From a bacterium (GTDB lineage Bacteria; Patescibacteriota; Patescibacteriia; JACQRZ01), in NCBI GenBank assembly GCA_023246095.1, contig JAHFJA010000002.1, positions 39,489-103,488 on the forward strand: DNA of 64,000 nt. The letters are read 5' to 3'. Shown here piece by piece: positions 28,312 through 40,131 of this stretch. Numbering within the stretch: the stretch's first letter is position 1; every line of letters starts with the position of its first letter. The position numbers and the translations under genes were made by a program. The notes beneath the pieces are model-generated. The model saw only the letters and a program-made list of their open reading frames with translations. It had not been told where the DNA came from and did no database searches.

Positions 28312-30129
28312 ATGCCAAACACCATTCCACTCCCTCGCCACGCAGGAAAAGAGATGAAAGATTTTCTTGAAACGCGTTCATCTCATGGATATTCATTAAA
28401 CTACGATGATACCATGATGTCATTTCTTAATAATGACACGGGGGTAAGCCAGCTTTATATATATTCATTCGGTGCTAGTACCAAAAAACAGCTGACATCC
28501 TACGATGATGCTATCTCATTTGGTGAATTCTCTCCCACAGAAAACAAACTCATATTTGGCATGGCGCAGGGCGGGAATGAGAATACACAACTCTATCTTT
28601 TTGACCTGATCACACATGCAGTGAGCCCGATTACTGCCAATAAAGAAGTACAATATAAATTCAGCGGATGGTCATACGATGGTACCTCTATTATGTATGC
28701 CCACAATGAACGAAACGGTACTGATTTTGACGTGGTTGTTATGAATGTCGAGACTCGAGAAGTACGTACTATTTTTGATCAAGGTGGTTTTTGTAATCCT
28801 GCGGGGTTTTCTCCTAACGGCAGATACGCCGTGATTATAAAAAGTTACGCGTCATATAATCGCGACCTATACCTAGTAGATATTAGTGAGGGTATTACGA
28901 CCTTACTGACACCACACGATGGAAACGCAAAATATAGCATGCCGCACTGGCTTCCTGATTCCAGCGGATTCTTTGTGCGTACTGACGAAAACCAAGATAT
29001 CGTCGGCGTTGCATTTCATGATATCAAAACAAGCGAGCGAACATACAGACTTAACAGTAAGTGGGAATGTGAGGAACTTTCGCTTTCGTATGATGGTAAA
29101 AAAATAGCATTAGTTATGAATGAAGATGGCTATGGCACTATCGAAATCCGTAATGCGACTGACTTCCAAACACTCCCTCATCTCGAATTTCCCAAAGGTA
29201 TCATCCATGGCGCGCAATGGTCGCATGATGGAAAAAAATTAATGTTTGAATTTAACAATGCGAAACACAACAATGATATTTATTCGTGGTCAATGGAAAC
29301 TAATGAAATCACCCGTATCACCCATAGTCTCTGTGCATTGAATCCTGATGACCTTATTGAACCTGAGCTTATTCATTTTTCCTCATTTGATGGTTTGGAA
29401 ATTCCCGCATTTCTGTATCTCCCCGTGGCAACTGATGATAAAAAAATTCCTGTCATTGTTAACATCCATGGTGGACCTGAAGGACAAGATAGACCGAGCT
29501 TTAATTCGTTGACCCAATTTTTCCTCCATCGAGGATATGCTGTTGTCCGTCCCAATGTACGAGGGAGCTCCGGATATGGCGAAAAATATATGGCGCTTGA
29601 CGATAGAGAAAAACGAATGGACTCTGTCAAAGACCTTGAGTATTTACACAAGTACCTTTCAAGCAGACCTGAAGTCGACGATAAAAAAATTGCACTCATG
29701 GGCGCAAGTTATGGTGGATATATGGTACTTGCTGGACTTGCATTCCAGCCTGACTTATGGGCGGCGGGGATAGATATCGTTGGTATTTCTCATTTAGGAA
29801 ATTTCCTTAGAAACACCTCTTCCTACCGGCGTGCTATGCGCGAAGCTGAATACGGATATCTGGCAACTGACGAAACATTCCTTGAAGCGTTTTCTCCGCT
29901 CAATTCTGTAAATAAAATTAAAGCACCGCTCATTGTCATCCATGGCGCCAATGATCCTCGTGTACCATTATCCGAGGCAGAGCAGATCGTAGCTAGCCTG
30001 AAGGCGAGGGACATCGATGTACAATTTCTCGTCTACGAGGATGAAGGACACGGTCTCGCAAAATTAAAAAACAGGCTCGATGCCTATCCAAAAGTTGCTG
30101 AGTTTCTCGATGAGCATTTGAAGGGGTAG
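28312..30129 (+). CDS. S9-family serine peptidase (prolyl oligopeptidase / acylaminoacyl peptidase type) with N-terminal beta-propeller
   Basis: Nucleophile elbow GASYGGYM; Asp in IHGANDPRVP and His in DEGHG form the catalytic triad order Ser-Asp-His. Confidence 0.85.
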   Translation: MPNTIPLPRHAGKEMKDFLETRSSHGYSLNYDDTMMSFLNNDTGVSQLYIYSFGASTKKQLTSYDDAISFGEFSPTENKLIFGMAQGGNENTQLYLFDLITHAVSPITANKEVQYKFSGWSYDGTSIMYAHNERNGTDFDVVVMNVETREVRTIFDQGGFCNPAGFSPNGRYAVIIKSYASYNRDLYLVDISEGITTLLTPHDGNAKYSMPHWLPDSSGFFVRTDENQDIVGVAFHDIKTSERTYRLNSKWECEELSLSYDGKKIALVMNEDGYGTIEIRNATDFQTLPHLEFPKGIIHGAQWSHDGKKLMFEFNNAKHNNDIYSWSMETNEITRITHSLCALNPDDLIEPELIHFSSFDGLEIPAFLYLPVATDDKKIPVIVNIHGGPEGQDRPSFNSLTQFFLHRGYAVVRPNVRGSSGYGEKYMALDDREKRMDSVKDLEYLHKYLSSRPEVDDKKIALMGASYGGYMVLAGLAFQPDLWAAGIDIVGISHLGNFLRNTSSYRRAMREAEYGYLATDETFLEAFSPLNSVNKIKAPLIVIHGANDPRVPLSEAEQIVASLKARDIDVQFLVYEDEGHGLAKLKNRLDAYPKVAEFLDEHLKG

Positions 30130-30137
30130 TATTGAAT

Positions 30138-30398
30138 TTACCCCAACAATACTTCTTCTTCTTTCAAAATTTCTTCAAGCCCACTAAGATCATTGTTTTT
30201 GAGACATTCAATTTTCCTGATGGTGTTTTTTATGATAACCGGTATAACTTCGGGTTGTTCTTTGAATATCTTAATTATGTTTTCCTGTTCGCTGGGTGAT
30301 ATATAATGAACAACGGAGTTCCATGCCGACAACTCTTCTTTTGAAAGATTAGCCTGGTCACCATATTCGCTGGCCACGGTAGTTAATTCTGATATCAT
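30138..30398 (-). CDS. Small hypothetical protein
   Basis: ORF track only. Confidence 0.35.
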   Translation of the reverse strand: MISELTTVASEYGDQANLSKEELSAWNSVVHYISPSEQENIIKIFKEQPEVIPVIIKNTIRKIECLKNNDLSGLEEILKEEEVLLG

Positions 30399-30399
30399 A

Positions 30400-31176
30400 T
30401 CATTTATTGTCGAGATATTTTCTACTCTTAAAATGTTTATTTTCTATCAACTTCCCCTCTAAAATATGTATCCTCGTCAATGACCCATCTGTATCTTCAC
30501 TTATGATTTCAATCATCAGATCATTTGGGGTAGGTCCGATCCGCACAACGTTAAATACAACATTACTTGTCCAGTCCCGCAAATTTTCACCTTCATGAGG
30601 TAACCCTTCATCGAACGCACCTGTAGTGTCAAAAATAGCTTCTTTATTATCTGCTAGTGTTTTAACGCTATAGGCACCCAACTCAACCTTTTGTCGTTTT
30701 AACTCAGCAAAAAGAGTGGAACGATTTTCAAAAACAATCACCGGTTGTGTATAAGAATGCTTCTCTATCGCCTCTTTGCTTGCTTCCATTTTTGTTCTTG
30801 AATCAAATTCGCTTTCTATAGACTCCAACTCTTTTTTTTCACTTTCATTTAACAATTTTGTCTTTTGTTTTTCAAGCACATCATACCCTTGCGAAGAAAT
30901 TTGTGGGGAATCCAACAATTTCCCTTTAGCAAAGGCTTCTTTTTCACCCATTGCACCGATCAAAGTGATCACTCCCGTAGCGATAGTGATCATAAGCCTT
31001 TTATTGGCAAACGAGGCAGTAGACTTAGCGGTCTTTTCTAACCAACTATTGCCAGTCTCCTTAGTTGAAAGATTCTCTACTAGTTTTGGTACCGAAATAT
31101 CTGGTGTAGCTCCTTTTTGTGCGGCAACTACTTCTGTTTGTATCTCCTGTGGATTCTGTGGTGTTTCTATCCCCAT
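30400..31176 (-). CDS. Hypothetical protein with one TM helix
   Basis: ORF track; hydrophobic segment LMITIATGVITLIGAMG. Confidence 0.45.
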   Translation of the reverse strand: MGIETPQNPQEIQTEVVAAQKGATPDISVPKLVENLSTKETGNSWLEKTAKSTASFANKRLMITIATGVITLIGAMGEKEAFAKGKLLDSPQISSQGYDVLEKQKTKLLNESEKKELESIESEFDSRTKMEASKEAIEKHSYTQPVIVFENRSTLFAELKRQKVELGAYSVKTLADNKEAIFDTTGAFDEGLPHEGENLRDWTSNVVFNVVRIGPTPNDLMIEIISEDTDGSLTRIHILEGKLIENKHFKSRKYLDNK

Positions 31177-31206
31177 ACAATCATTAGATAAAAGATTATG
31201 CGAGAA

Positions 31207-32313
<1,107 letters not shown>

Positions 32314-32333
32314 ATCCGTTTACGTACTATGAA

Positions 32334-33011
32334 TTATTGAATAATGGAACCCCGAAGAAAGGACACGTTGTTATCCTGATCGTACCGAATTGTTCGATAA
32401 ATTGTCTGCTCTTTACTATGTTTTTTTACTGCAGATATTTTTAATGTATTCACGCCTTGTGCTAATTGGATCTCTTGCTTAAATGACCCATCTTCTTGCT
32501 TCATAACCGGCTGATCGTTGATAGTGAGCTGCGCGTCTATTGTTGTGTGGCCTTGAACAACCACATTTCGGTCATTACTGGTCAGGTTATCAGATGGACT
32601 CACTACGTCTAAAACAGGAGGAGTAATCGTTGCCACACCCAGCCACACAATGTATCCAAAGCAACTCAGCGCCAATACCCCCAATCCTACAAATTTTAAT
32701 ATACGAGGACCTACCCAAAAATTTGCCCGACTGACACGATACTGAGGAACAGTATGTCCCTTTTCAGCGGTCAAAGCACGGGTTTTTCTCACCAGAGGAC
32801 CTGTTTCTAAGCCGAGAAAGTGAGCATAGGCCTTCACATATCGCGTCGCGTATATACTACCAGGCAAAATATCAAACCGATTCTGTTCAATACAGGTCAA
32901 ATACTGTGCTCTGATGCCAAGTTCATTAGCGATATGGTGTATGCTCAGTTTTTGTTGTTCTCGTACTTTTTTCAAAATATCCCCAACGGTTTTTGTCTGT
33001 TTGTTCAGCAT
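32334..33011 (-). CDS. RodZ-like protein: N-terminal XRE-type HTH, single TM helix, C-terminal extracytoplasmic domain
   Basis: HTH region SIHHIANELGIRAQYLTCIEQNRF; central hydrophobic helix. Confidence 0.55.
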   Translation of the reverse strand: MLNKQTKTVGDILKKVREQQKLSIHHIANELGIRAQYLTCIEQNRFDILPGSIYATRYVKAYAHFLGLETGPLVRKTRALTAEKGHTVPQYRVSRANFWVGPRILKFVGLGVLALSCFGYIVWLGVATITPPVLDVVSPSDNLTSNDRNVVVQGHTTIDAQLTINDQPVMKQEDGSFKQEIQLAQGVNTLKISAVKKHSKEQTIYRTIRYDQDNNVSFLRGSIIQ

Positions 33012-33078
33012 GGAGTAACAATAATTATCCCTAGTATACGCCCGTTATTCAGAGGGCGTCAAGGGGAAAAATACACGA

Positions 33079-35367
33079 TCAACGATATGGTTCATCTTCT
33101 CTATACTCAGCCTCTTCGCCGGTATCAGTAGATGTGTCAAGCATGTCCAATTCATCCAAATTCCCTACCAAAATCTCACGAGGCCGAGCCCCATCACCCG
33201 GACCAATAATCCCCTGTGCTTCCAATAAATCAAGGAGTCGGGCAGCTCGTGCATAGCCAACACGCAGACGACGCTGTAACAATGACGCCGATGCTTTTTT
33301 TGCTTGCATGACCACTTCCTTCGCTTGAGGTAATAACTCGTCATCGTCATCATCTCCGTCACCCATGTTTCCTCCGACTTTGGCGATCTTCTCGGTTACA
33401 TCTTCCTCGTATTGCGCTTCTCCCTGCTCGCGCAAATAATCAGTCACGCGACGAATTTCTTCGTCCGCTGCATACACACCCTGAATACGTTGAGGCCGTG
33501 AGCTCTCGGATGATACATACAACATATCCCCCCTTCCCACCAAACGTTCTGCACCTGGGGTGTCTAAAATAGTTCGAGAATCAATTTGCGATGGGACGGA
33601 AAATGCAATACGGGCAGGGATATTGGCCTTAATCAAACCAGTAATAACATCGGTCGATGGGCGCTGTGTCGCAAGAATTAAGTGGATGCCTACCGCGCGC
33701 GCCATTTGCGCAAGGCGTACAATCAGATTCTCTACTTCTGGTCCGCACGTCACCATAATATCGGCAAGCTCATCGATGATAATAACGATATACGGCAATT
33801 TCTCTTTCATGTCGCGATTATATGTCGCGATATCGCGCTTTTTCTGGGATGATAAAATCTCAAAGCGACGATCCATCTCCCCGATCGCCCACTTGAGTGC
33901 ATTGACCGCCTTTTTCACGTTCGTAACTACCGGCGTTAGAAGGTGAGGTATATCATTATAGATCGGCAACTCGACACGCTTTGGGTCAACCATGATAAAT
34001 CGCAATTCATCAGGACCATTTTGATATAAAAGACTAATGATGATTGAATTCATACAAACCGTCTTTCCTGAACCAGTTGAACCCGCGATCAACAAGTGAG
34101 GCATCCGTAAAATATCGGCGAATCGTGGCGTACCTGATACATCTTTCCCTAGTGCAATATTTAGGTTGCTTGATCGGCGTTTAAATTCTTCAGAAGTCAA
34201 CAACTCATTCATGGTGACCATCGCTGTTTTTTTGTTCGGTACTTCAATCCCCACCAACGATTTTCCAGGGATGGGTGCTTCAATACGAATAGGGTGTGCA
34301 GCAAGAGAAAGAGCAAGATCATTGTGCAGCGAAAGGATGGATGCAACCTTCACTCCGTCCGCGGGCTTGAACGTAAACTGAGTCACCGTCGGTCCCACGT
34401 TCACTTCGGCCATTTCAACAGCAATACCAAAGGTCTCAAAAGTCCGCTGAATAATTAACTTGCTCTTCCCTATATCCGTGCTTTGAGGTTGATATTTTTG
34501 CGTATTAAGAAGATCCATGGGGACCTGAATTTTTTTATGAATGATTTTTGGCTTGACGATCGGTAGTTCTTCTTCGCGCGCCGTTCCCGAATCAGGCGTT
34601 TTTGCTACCGCAATCGTGGAAAAAACTGGCACAGGCTCCTCTTGGGCTGCCTCTCCCTCACGTTCCACCGCTTGATCTTGTGTGTCATCCTGCCCCTCAC
34701 CCTTTTCTCGCTTGAACCGGGCGAACATCGAGGTAAAACGATTGCCAATATCTTTCAGTGCACTTACGTGTCCGCTCAGCGAGGATAGTGACGTATTAAA
34801 AATAACCAAAAGCGCGCTGACAAATATTGCGACTAAAATAATGAGTCCTCCCCAAAATCCTAATGTTACATGGAGGGGGTATGCAAATGCAAAACCGAAA
34901 ATACCTCCCCCACCACCCTGGAGTGCAGTACTCCATGCGACTTCCGGATCAATGCCTATATGCCAAAACGCTGCGAAACTCACTGCGACAATAATAAGAC
35001 CAACGGTATTCATCCCTTTCACACTATATCGATCAGGCCGCAAAAATACATAGGCAAGCAAAAGCAATAACAAAGGAAATATTATCTTTATGCGGCCAAA
35101 CAATATCCCCATCATGGAGCTCATCCAAACACCAATACTGCCGGCCATCTCGAATACGCTCAACAAACCTAATAGGCCTAGGGCAAATAAAAAAACGATA
35201 CCGACCGCCTTCTTGGTGTCGGGACTGATGCTTGCCCACCATACAGAAATGGAAGACGAGCCCTGCGGTTCTTCGCGCCTGCTTCGAGGGCGGTGCGGTT
35301 GAGTAATCTGTGCCATGGGAACACGGTATAATGCTTGTATTATAGCGTGTTCGGGATCCTGAGGCAA
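33079..35367 (-). CDS. ftsK: DNA translocase FtsK/SpoIIIE
   Basis: N-terminal TM helices; Walker A GSTGSGKTVCMNS; C-terminal gamma winged-helix LLQRRLRVGYARAARLLDLLE. Confidence 0.9.
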   Translation of the reverse strand: MPQDPEHAIIQALYRVPMAQITQPHRPRSRREEPQGSSSISVWWASISPDTKKAVGIVFLFALGLLGLLSVFEMAGSIGVWMSSMMGILFGRIKIIFPLLLLLLAYVFLRPDRYSVKGMNTVGLIIVAVSFAAFWHIGIDPEVAWSTALQGGGGGIFGFAFAYPLHVTLGFWGGLIILVAIFVSALLVIFNTSLSSLSGHVSALKDIGNRFTSMFARFKREKGEGQDDTQDQAVEREGEAAQEEPVPVFSTIAVAKTPDSGTAREEELPIVKPKIIHKKIQVPMDLLNTQKYQPQSTDIGKSKLIIQRTFETFGIAVEMAEVNVGPTVTQFTFKPADGVKVASILSLHNDLALSLAAHPIRIEAPIPGKSLVGIEVPNKKTAMVTMNELLTSEEFKRRSSNLNIALGKDVSGTPRFADILRMPHLLIAGSTGSGKTVCMNSIIISLLYQNGPDELRFIMVDPKRVELPIYNDIPHLLTPVVTNVKKAVNALKWAIGEMDRRFEILSSQKKRDIATYNRDMKEKLPYIVIIIDELADIMVTCGPEVENLIVRLAQMARAVGIHLILATQRPSTDVITGLIKANIPARIAFSVPSQIDSRTILDTPGAERLVGRGDMLYVSSESSRPQRIQGVYAADEEIRRVTDYLREQGEAQYEEDVTEKIAKVGGNMGDGDDDDDELLPQAKEVVMQAKKASASLLQRRLRVGYARAARLLDLLEAQGIIGPGDGARPREILVGNLDELDMLDTSTDTGEEAEYREDEPYR

Positions 35368-35387
35368 GAACCTCTTTCTGTAAAATG

Positions 35388-35819
35388 TTACTTTTGTAAA
35401 TCTATCTTTCCTTTACTTACGAGGGTCCACCTATCTCCATCTTTTGCATAAATAGCAGGTCTGACCATTTCCCATTTATCAGTGGTATACATCTCTTCTC
35501 CTTTGATATCTATACCATCAAATGCAGACTGAAAGCGTTCCTCAGCTTTTGTAATATTAAGAGATCGAGGAATCATGACCATAAACTGGTTATCCTTATC
35601 GGGGATAGGGACTGCCATATATTCCTTTAGTGCAGAGTTTGGATCCAATGAAATCGTTTCTACAGACTGTTTACTATCTGTTATCTTCTCCTGGAAATCG
35701 TGCGAATTCTTACTGTCATTATAAAGATCCCGGTCTGCTCTCACTTCAGGAAGCTTATAGTCCTTTACTTCTACTTTTTTCTCTTCCGAATTAACCATGC
35801 TTGGTGATTCAAAATTCAT
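35388..35819 (-). CDS. Hypothetical protein (143 aa)
   Basis: ORF track only. Confidence 0.45.
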   Translation of the reverse strand: MNFESPSMVNSEEKKVEVKDYKLPEVRADRDLYNDSKNSHDFQEKITDSKQSVETISLDPNSALKEYMAVPIPDKDNQFMVMIPRSLNITKAEERFQSAFDGIDIKGEEMYTTDKWEMVRPAIYAKDGDRWTLVSKGKIDLQK

Positions 35820-36039
35820 ATATATACGGCTTCAGTTAATTATGACTAGTAGACATATAAAAGTGTATCACAAAGCAAACAAAAAATCCCCTTACCTCGA
35901 CAAGACGTAAGTCTGTATTGAAACAGACCGGAGGAGAGAGAATTGTTCTTGTCGAGGTAAGGAGACATTTGTGGAACGAACGTGCGATCACTATAGCACA
36001 AAAAAGCCACTTTGTCAAGAGTGTTTGTATTCGAGAAAC

Positions 36040-36072
36040 ACAAGAAAACCCCTCTTTTCTGAGGGGTTTTCT
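36040..36072 (-). terminator. Rho-independent terminator of rpoC
   Basis: Perfect hairpin gaaaacccctc-ttttctg-aggggttttc 19 nt past the rpoC stop. Confidence 0.6.
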
Positions 36073-36090
36073 ATACGATCCTAAACTGTC

Positions 36091-39000
36091 TTACTTCTTC
36101 TTATTACGTCGCTGTTCGTACCCTGTTCCCACAGGAATCAGGCGACCGATAATGACGTTTTCTTTCAACCCTTCGAGATGGTCAACTTTTCCCGTCACTG
36201 CAGCGTTGATCAATACACGTGCGGTTTCTTGGAAAGATGCAGCTGACAACCAGCTTCGCGTCGCAAGAGATGCTTTGGTAATACCCATCAATAATTCTAA
36301 TGCTTGAGCAGGTTTACCCTTTGCTTTTCTTGCTTCCTCATTCACTTCCATCCATTCTGAGTACTCGATGATTTCACCAGGAAGAAGGTCGGTATCTCCT
36401 GAATCAGTAATTTGTACACGGGAGAACATCTGGCGTGCAATGATTTCTAAGTGCTTATCATTAAGGCGTCCTGCCTGAGAGGCATAGATATTTTGGATAC
36501 CGTTGATGATATACTTCTGAGTTGCCAACTTGCCTTTGTATCCATACAAATCTTGCAAATCGACACTTCCTTCAGTCAATGCGTCCCCTGCTGCAACAAG
36601 GTCACCATCTTGTACCCACAAGGTAAGAGTTGTCGGAATGATATACTCGCGTGTTCCTCGCACAGTGGCGGTAAGTTTAACGCCATCTTTTTCAATTTTT
36701 ACCGTACCGGGATGCAACGCTTTTACATCAATACCATATTCAGTAATAAACAATGTGTCGCCTTCCATTACTGCGTCATCTTCCTGTACTTTCATGACCA
36801 AATCACCCTTCTTACCTTTCTTTGGTGCTGGCTCTTCTCCTTCCACCTTTGCTTTACGGACAATCTTGAATCGATATAAATCGGATCGCACTTCGTCGTA
36901 TTCAATACTTACTACTTTCTGGCCCTGAGTTGTCTGTGCTACTTCTTTTCCTTTTTCATCGACGATGGACTTCCTCTTTTCCAAAATCGAAACTTTTCCT
37001 GAGACTTCAGTGACGATTGCTTTTACTTTTGGAATACGCGCTTCAAAAAGTTCTTCTACACGAGGAAGACCCTGGGTAATATCGACACCCGCCACACCAC
37101 CAGTATGGAAAGTTCTCATAGTAAGCTGTGTACATGGTTCACCAAGCGACTGCGCTGCAAGAATACCCACGGCCATACCAGAAAGTGCGGGAGCGTTGGT
37201 AGCCAAGTCAAGTCCGTAACATTGAACACATACACCTCTTACCGATGCACAAGTAAGTAATGATCGGAGTTTAAGTTCTTCAATACCTGCTGCTTTAACG
37301 AGATCTGCGGCTGCGCGATCAAATATTTGATCTTTTTGAACGATCACTGTCCCTTTCGAATCTTTGATATCTTCAAAACAAGCACGTGCCAAGAGTCGAT
37401 CGTAGAAATCAACATCAATCTGATCACTTTCTTTTTTCGTCACGGTGAGTCCTTCTGTTGTACCACAGTCGCCAATCGCAGTTACTACATCTTGTGCAAC
37501 GTCAACCAAACGACGGGTAAGATATCCTGCGTTGGAGGTACGAAGTGCAGTATCGGCAAGTCCTTTACGCGCACCGTGAGTGGAGATGAAGAATTCCAAA
37601 ATTCCCAAACCTTCTTTGAAACTGCTCGTAACGGCCAACTCAATAATGTCTCCCGATGGGTTTGCCATGAGACCTTTCATACCAATGATCTGGTTGAGCT
37701 GTGACCAACTTCCGCGAGCACCCGATTCAATGATGGAATAAAGAGCATTGTCTTTGTGAAGTGAGCGCTCACTCTTTGCATACACTTTATCTTTTGCTTC
37801 AGTCCATACACTAATAATACGCGCGCGGCGTTCTGCGAAAGTCAGTAACCCCATTTCATATTGCTGTTCTACTTCGGTAATCTTTAATTCTGCCTCTTTG
37901 ATAAATCCCTCTTTCTCTACCACCGGAGGAACGTCGAACATACCAAAGGAAAGTCCTGCTTTCGTGAGATATGAGTAGCAGAGATTTTTCATAGCATCCA
38001 AAAGTTCAGCGGTTCTGTCTTGTCCGCAACGATTGAGACACAACGATACCATTTCACTCAATACCTTCTTTCTTAATTCTTTGTTGTAAAACCCTACTTC
38101 TGGAGGAAGAATGTCATTGAACAAAATACGGCCGATTGTGGTCTCAAGACGAGTCGATGTTTTTTCTTCAGGTGAAAGTCGTACAGCTAATTCTGGGGAG
38201 ATACGAATACTAATCTTTTCGCGCAAACCAATAACATCAGTGGCATAAGCGAGCTTTGCTTCTTGTTCACTGCTGAAACGTTTAATACTTTCTGGTGCGC
38301 GGTCATCTTGATCTGAACCAGTGGAGCTCATATAGAATGCACCCCATACGATGTCTTTATCTGCCTGGGCAATAGGAGCACCGGTCGCTGGCTTGAGAAG
38401 GTTGTGGCTCGCAAGCATGAAACTTCCTGCTTCCTGGCGTGCTTCTTCTGAAAGCGGTACGTGGACTGCCATCTGGTCACCATCAAAGTCAGCGTTAAAT
38501 GCCGCACATACCATTGGGTGTACCTGGATAGCTTTTCCTTCAATGAGGATTGGGCGAAACGCTTGAATACCGAGACGGTGGAGAGTCGGTGCGCGGTTGA
38601 GAAGAACATACGCACCATCTACCACTTCTTCAAGAATATCCCACACTTCATCGCGTCCGCTTTCAATAAAACGAGAGGCACTGCGAACATTGTAGACATA
38701 TTCACGTTCAATAAGTTTGCTGATCACGAATGGTTTGAACAATTCAAGCGCCATACGTTTTGGCAAACCACACTGATCAAGGCGAAGAGTCGGACCAACA
38801 ACGATTACACTGCGTCCGGAATAGTCGATACGCTTACCCAAAAGGTTTTGTCGGAATCGACCACGCTTCCCTTTCAACATGTCTGCAAGTGACTTCAATG
38901 TGCGTTTTTGTCCTGTTGAAGCTACAACAGTCTTTCCGTGACGAGCAGAGTTATCAATGAGAGCGTCTACCGCTTCCTGCAACATACGTCGTTCGTTACG

Positions 39001-40110
39001 ACAAATCACTTCTGGCGCACGGAGGTCAACCAATTGTTTGAGACGATTGTTTCGATTGATAACACGACGATAGAGATCATTAAGATCGGACGTCGCGAAT
39101 CGTCCCCCATCCAATGCAACCATAGGACGCAAGTCAGGAGGAATGATTGGCACCGTCGTCATGATCATCCATTCAGGACGAATGTTGTTTTTGCGCAAGT
39201 TCTTTACCAAAATTGCACGGCGGATCAATTTTTCCTTTTTGAGTCCTTGTGCGCTGAGCATCTGCTCCTTCATTTCCGCTTCCATCGCTTCCAGATCCAT
39301 ACGGACAAGCAAATCTTTGATTGCTTGAGCACCAATGCCTGCCTCAAAAATATGCCCATATTTCATGGAAAGTTCACGATAACTTTCTTCACTCATGATA
39401 CGCAACGGCTTGAGGTTCTTCAATTCTTCTTCTTCCATTTTAAAACTCTGCTCGAGCTCAACTAATTCTTTTTCTTTTGCTGCTTCGTAGCCTGCCACTG
39501 CAGTACTAATTGCTGCCGGTTTCGCTTTTTCAGCTATCTCCGCATTATTTTCTACAACCGAACGTGCTTCGTTTATTTTTCGATTGTATTCTGTCTCAAT
39601 CTGATTTTTCTTGTTTTTAAATTCTTGTTTCACCTGTTCAACGGTCTGCACCTTAAGATCTTCGTTCACGTCAGACACGATGAAGCTGGCAAAATAAATG
39701 ACCTTCTCCAGATTTTGAACTGAGATGTCAAGAAGCGTTCCAATCTTGGAAGGAACTCCGCGTAAAAACCAAATATGAGATACCGGTGCTGCCAAATCGA
39801 TGTGACCCATTCGTTCACGGCGCACAATCGAACGGGTGACTTCTACTCCGCACTTGTCACACACGATTCCTTTGTATCGAACTTTTTTATATTTTCCACA
39901 ATAACATTCCCAGTCTTTTGTTGGACCGAAAATACGTTCAGAAAATAATCCATCCTTTTCCGGCTTTTGAGTACGATAATTAATCGTTTCAGGTCGTGTT
40001 ACTTCTCCGAATGACCAACGATGGATATCAGCAGGAGATGCGAGACGCAAACGTATTGCCTCAAAATCGAGCACTTGTTGGAAATCCTTTTTTTCGAGAT
40101 TGTTGTTCAT
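36091..40110 (-). CDS. rpoC: DNA-directed RNA polymerase subunit beta'
   Basis: NADFDGDQM catalytic motif; Zn-binding CxxC near N-terminus; 1339 aa. Confidence 0.97.
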   Translation of the reverse strand: MNNNLEKKDFQQVLDFEAIRLRLASPADIHRWSFGEVTRPETINYRTQKPEKDGLFSERIFGPTKDWECYCGKYKKVRYKGIVCDKCGVEVTRSIVRRERMGHIDLAAPVSHIWFLRGVPSKIGTLLDISVQNLEKVIYFASFIVSDVNEDLKVQTVEQVKQEFKNKKNQIETEYNRKINEARSVVENNAEIAEKAKPAAISTAVAGYEAAKEKELVELEQSFKMEEEELKNLKPLRIMSEESYRELSMKYGHIFEAGIGAQAIKDLLVRMDLEAMEAEMKEQMLSAQGLKKEKLIRRAILVKNLRKNNIRPEWMIMTTVPIIPPDLRPMVALDGGRFATSDLNDLYRRVINRNNRLKQLVDLRAPEVICRNERRMLQEAVDALIDNSARHGKTVVASTGQKRTLKSLADMLKGKRGRFRQNLLGKRIDYSGRSVIVVGPTLRLDQCGLPKRMALELFKPFVISKLIEREYVYNVRSASRFIESGRDEVWDILEEVVDGAYVLLNRAPTLHRLGIQAFRPILIEGKAIQVHPMVCAAFNADFDGDQMAVHVPLSEEARQEAGSFMLASHNLLKPATGAPIAQADKDIVWGAFYMSSTGSDQDDRAPESIKRFSSEQEAKLAYATDVIGLREKISIRISPELAVRLSPEEKTSTRLETTIGRILFNDILPPEVGFYNKELRKKVLSEMVSLCLNRCGQDRTAELLDAMKNLCYSYLTKAGLSFGMFDVPPVVEKEGFIKEAELKITEVEQQYEMGLLTFAERRARIISVWTEAKDKVYAKSERSLHKDNALYSIIESGARGSWSQLNQIIGMKGLMANPSGDIIELAVTSSFKEGLGILEFFISTHGARKGLADTALRTSNAGYLTRRLVDVAQDVVTAIGDCGTTEGLTVTKKESDQIDVDFYDRLLARACFEDIKDSKGTVIVQKDQIFDRAAADLVKAAGIEELKLRSLLTCASVRGVCVQCYGLDLATNAPALSGMAVGILAAQSLGEPCTQLTMRTFHTGGVAGVDITQGLPRVEELFEARIPKVKAIVTEVSGKVSILEKRKSIVDEKGKEVAQTTQGQKVVSIEYDEVRSDLYRFKIVRKAKVEGEEPAPKKGKKGDLVMKVQEDDAVMEGDTLFITEYGIDVKALHPGTVKIEKDGVKLTATVRGTREYIIPTTLTLWVQDGDLVAAGDALTEGSVDLQDLYGYKGKLATQKYIINGIQNIYASQAGRLNDKHLEIIARQMFSRVQITDSGDTDLLPGEIIEYSEWMEVNEEARKAKGKPAQALELLMGITKASLATRSWLSAASFQETARVLINAAVTGKVDHLEGLKENVIIGRLIPVGTGYEQRRNKKK

Positions 40111-40131
40111 AATAATTTCAATAAGGATGGA

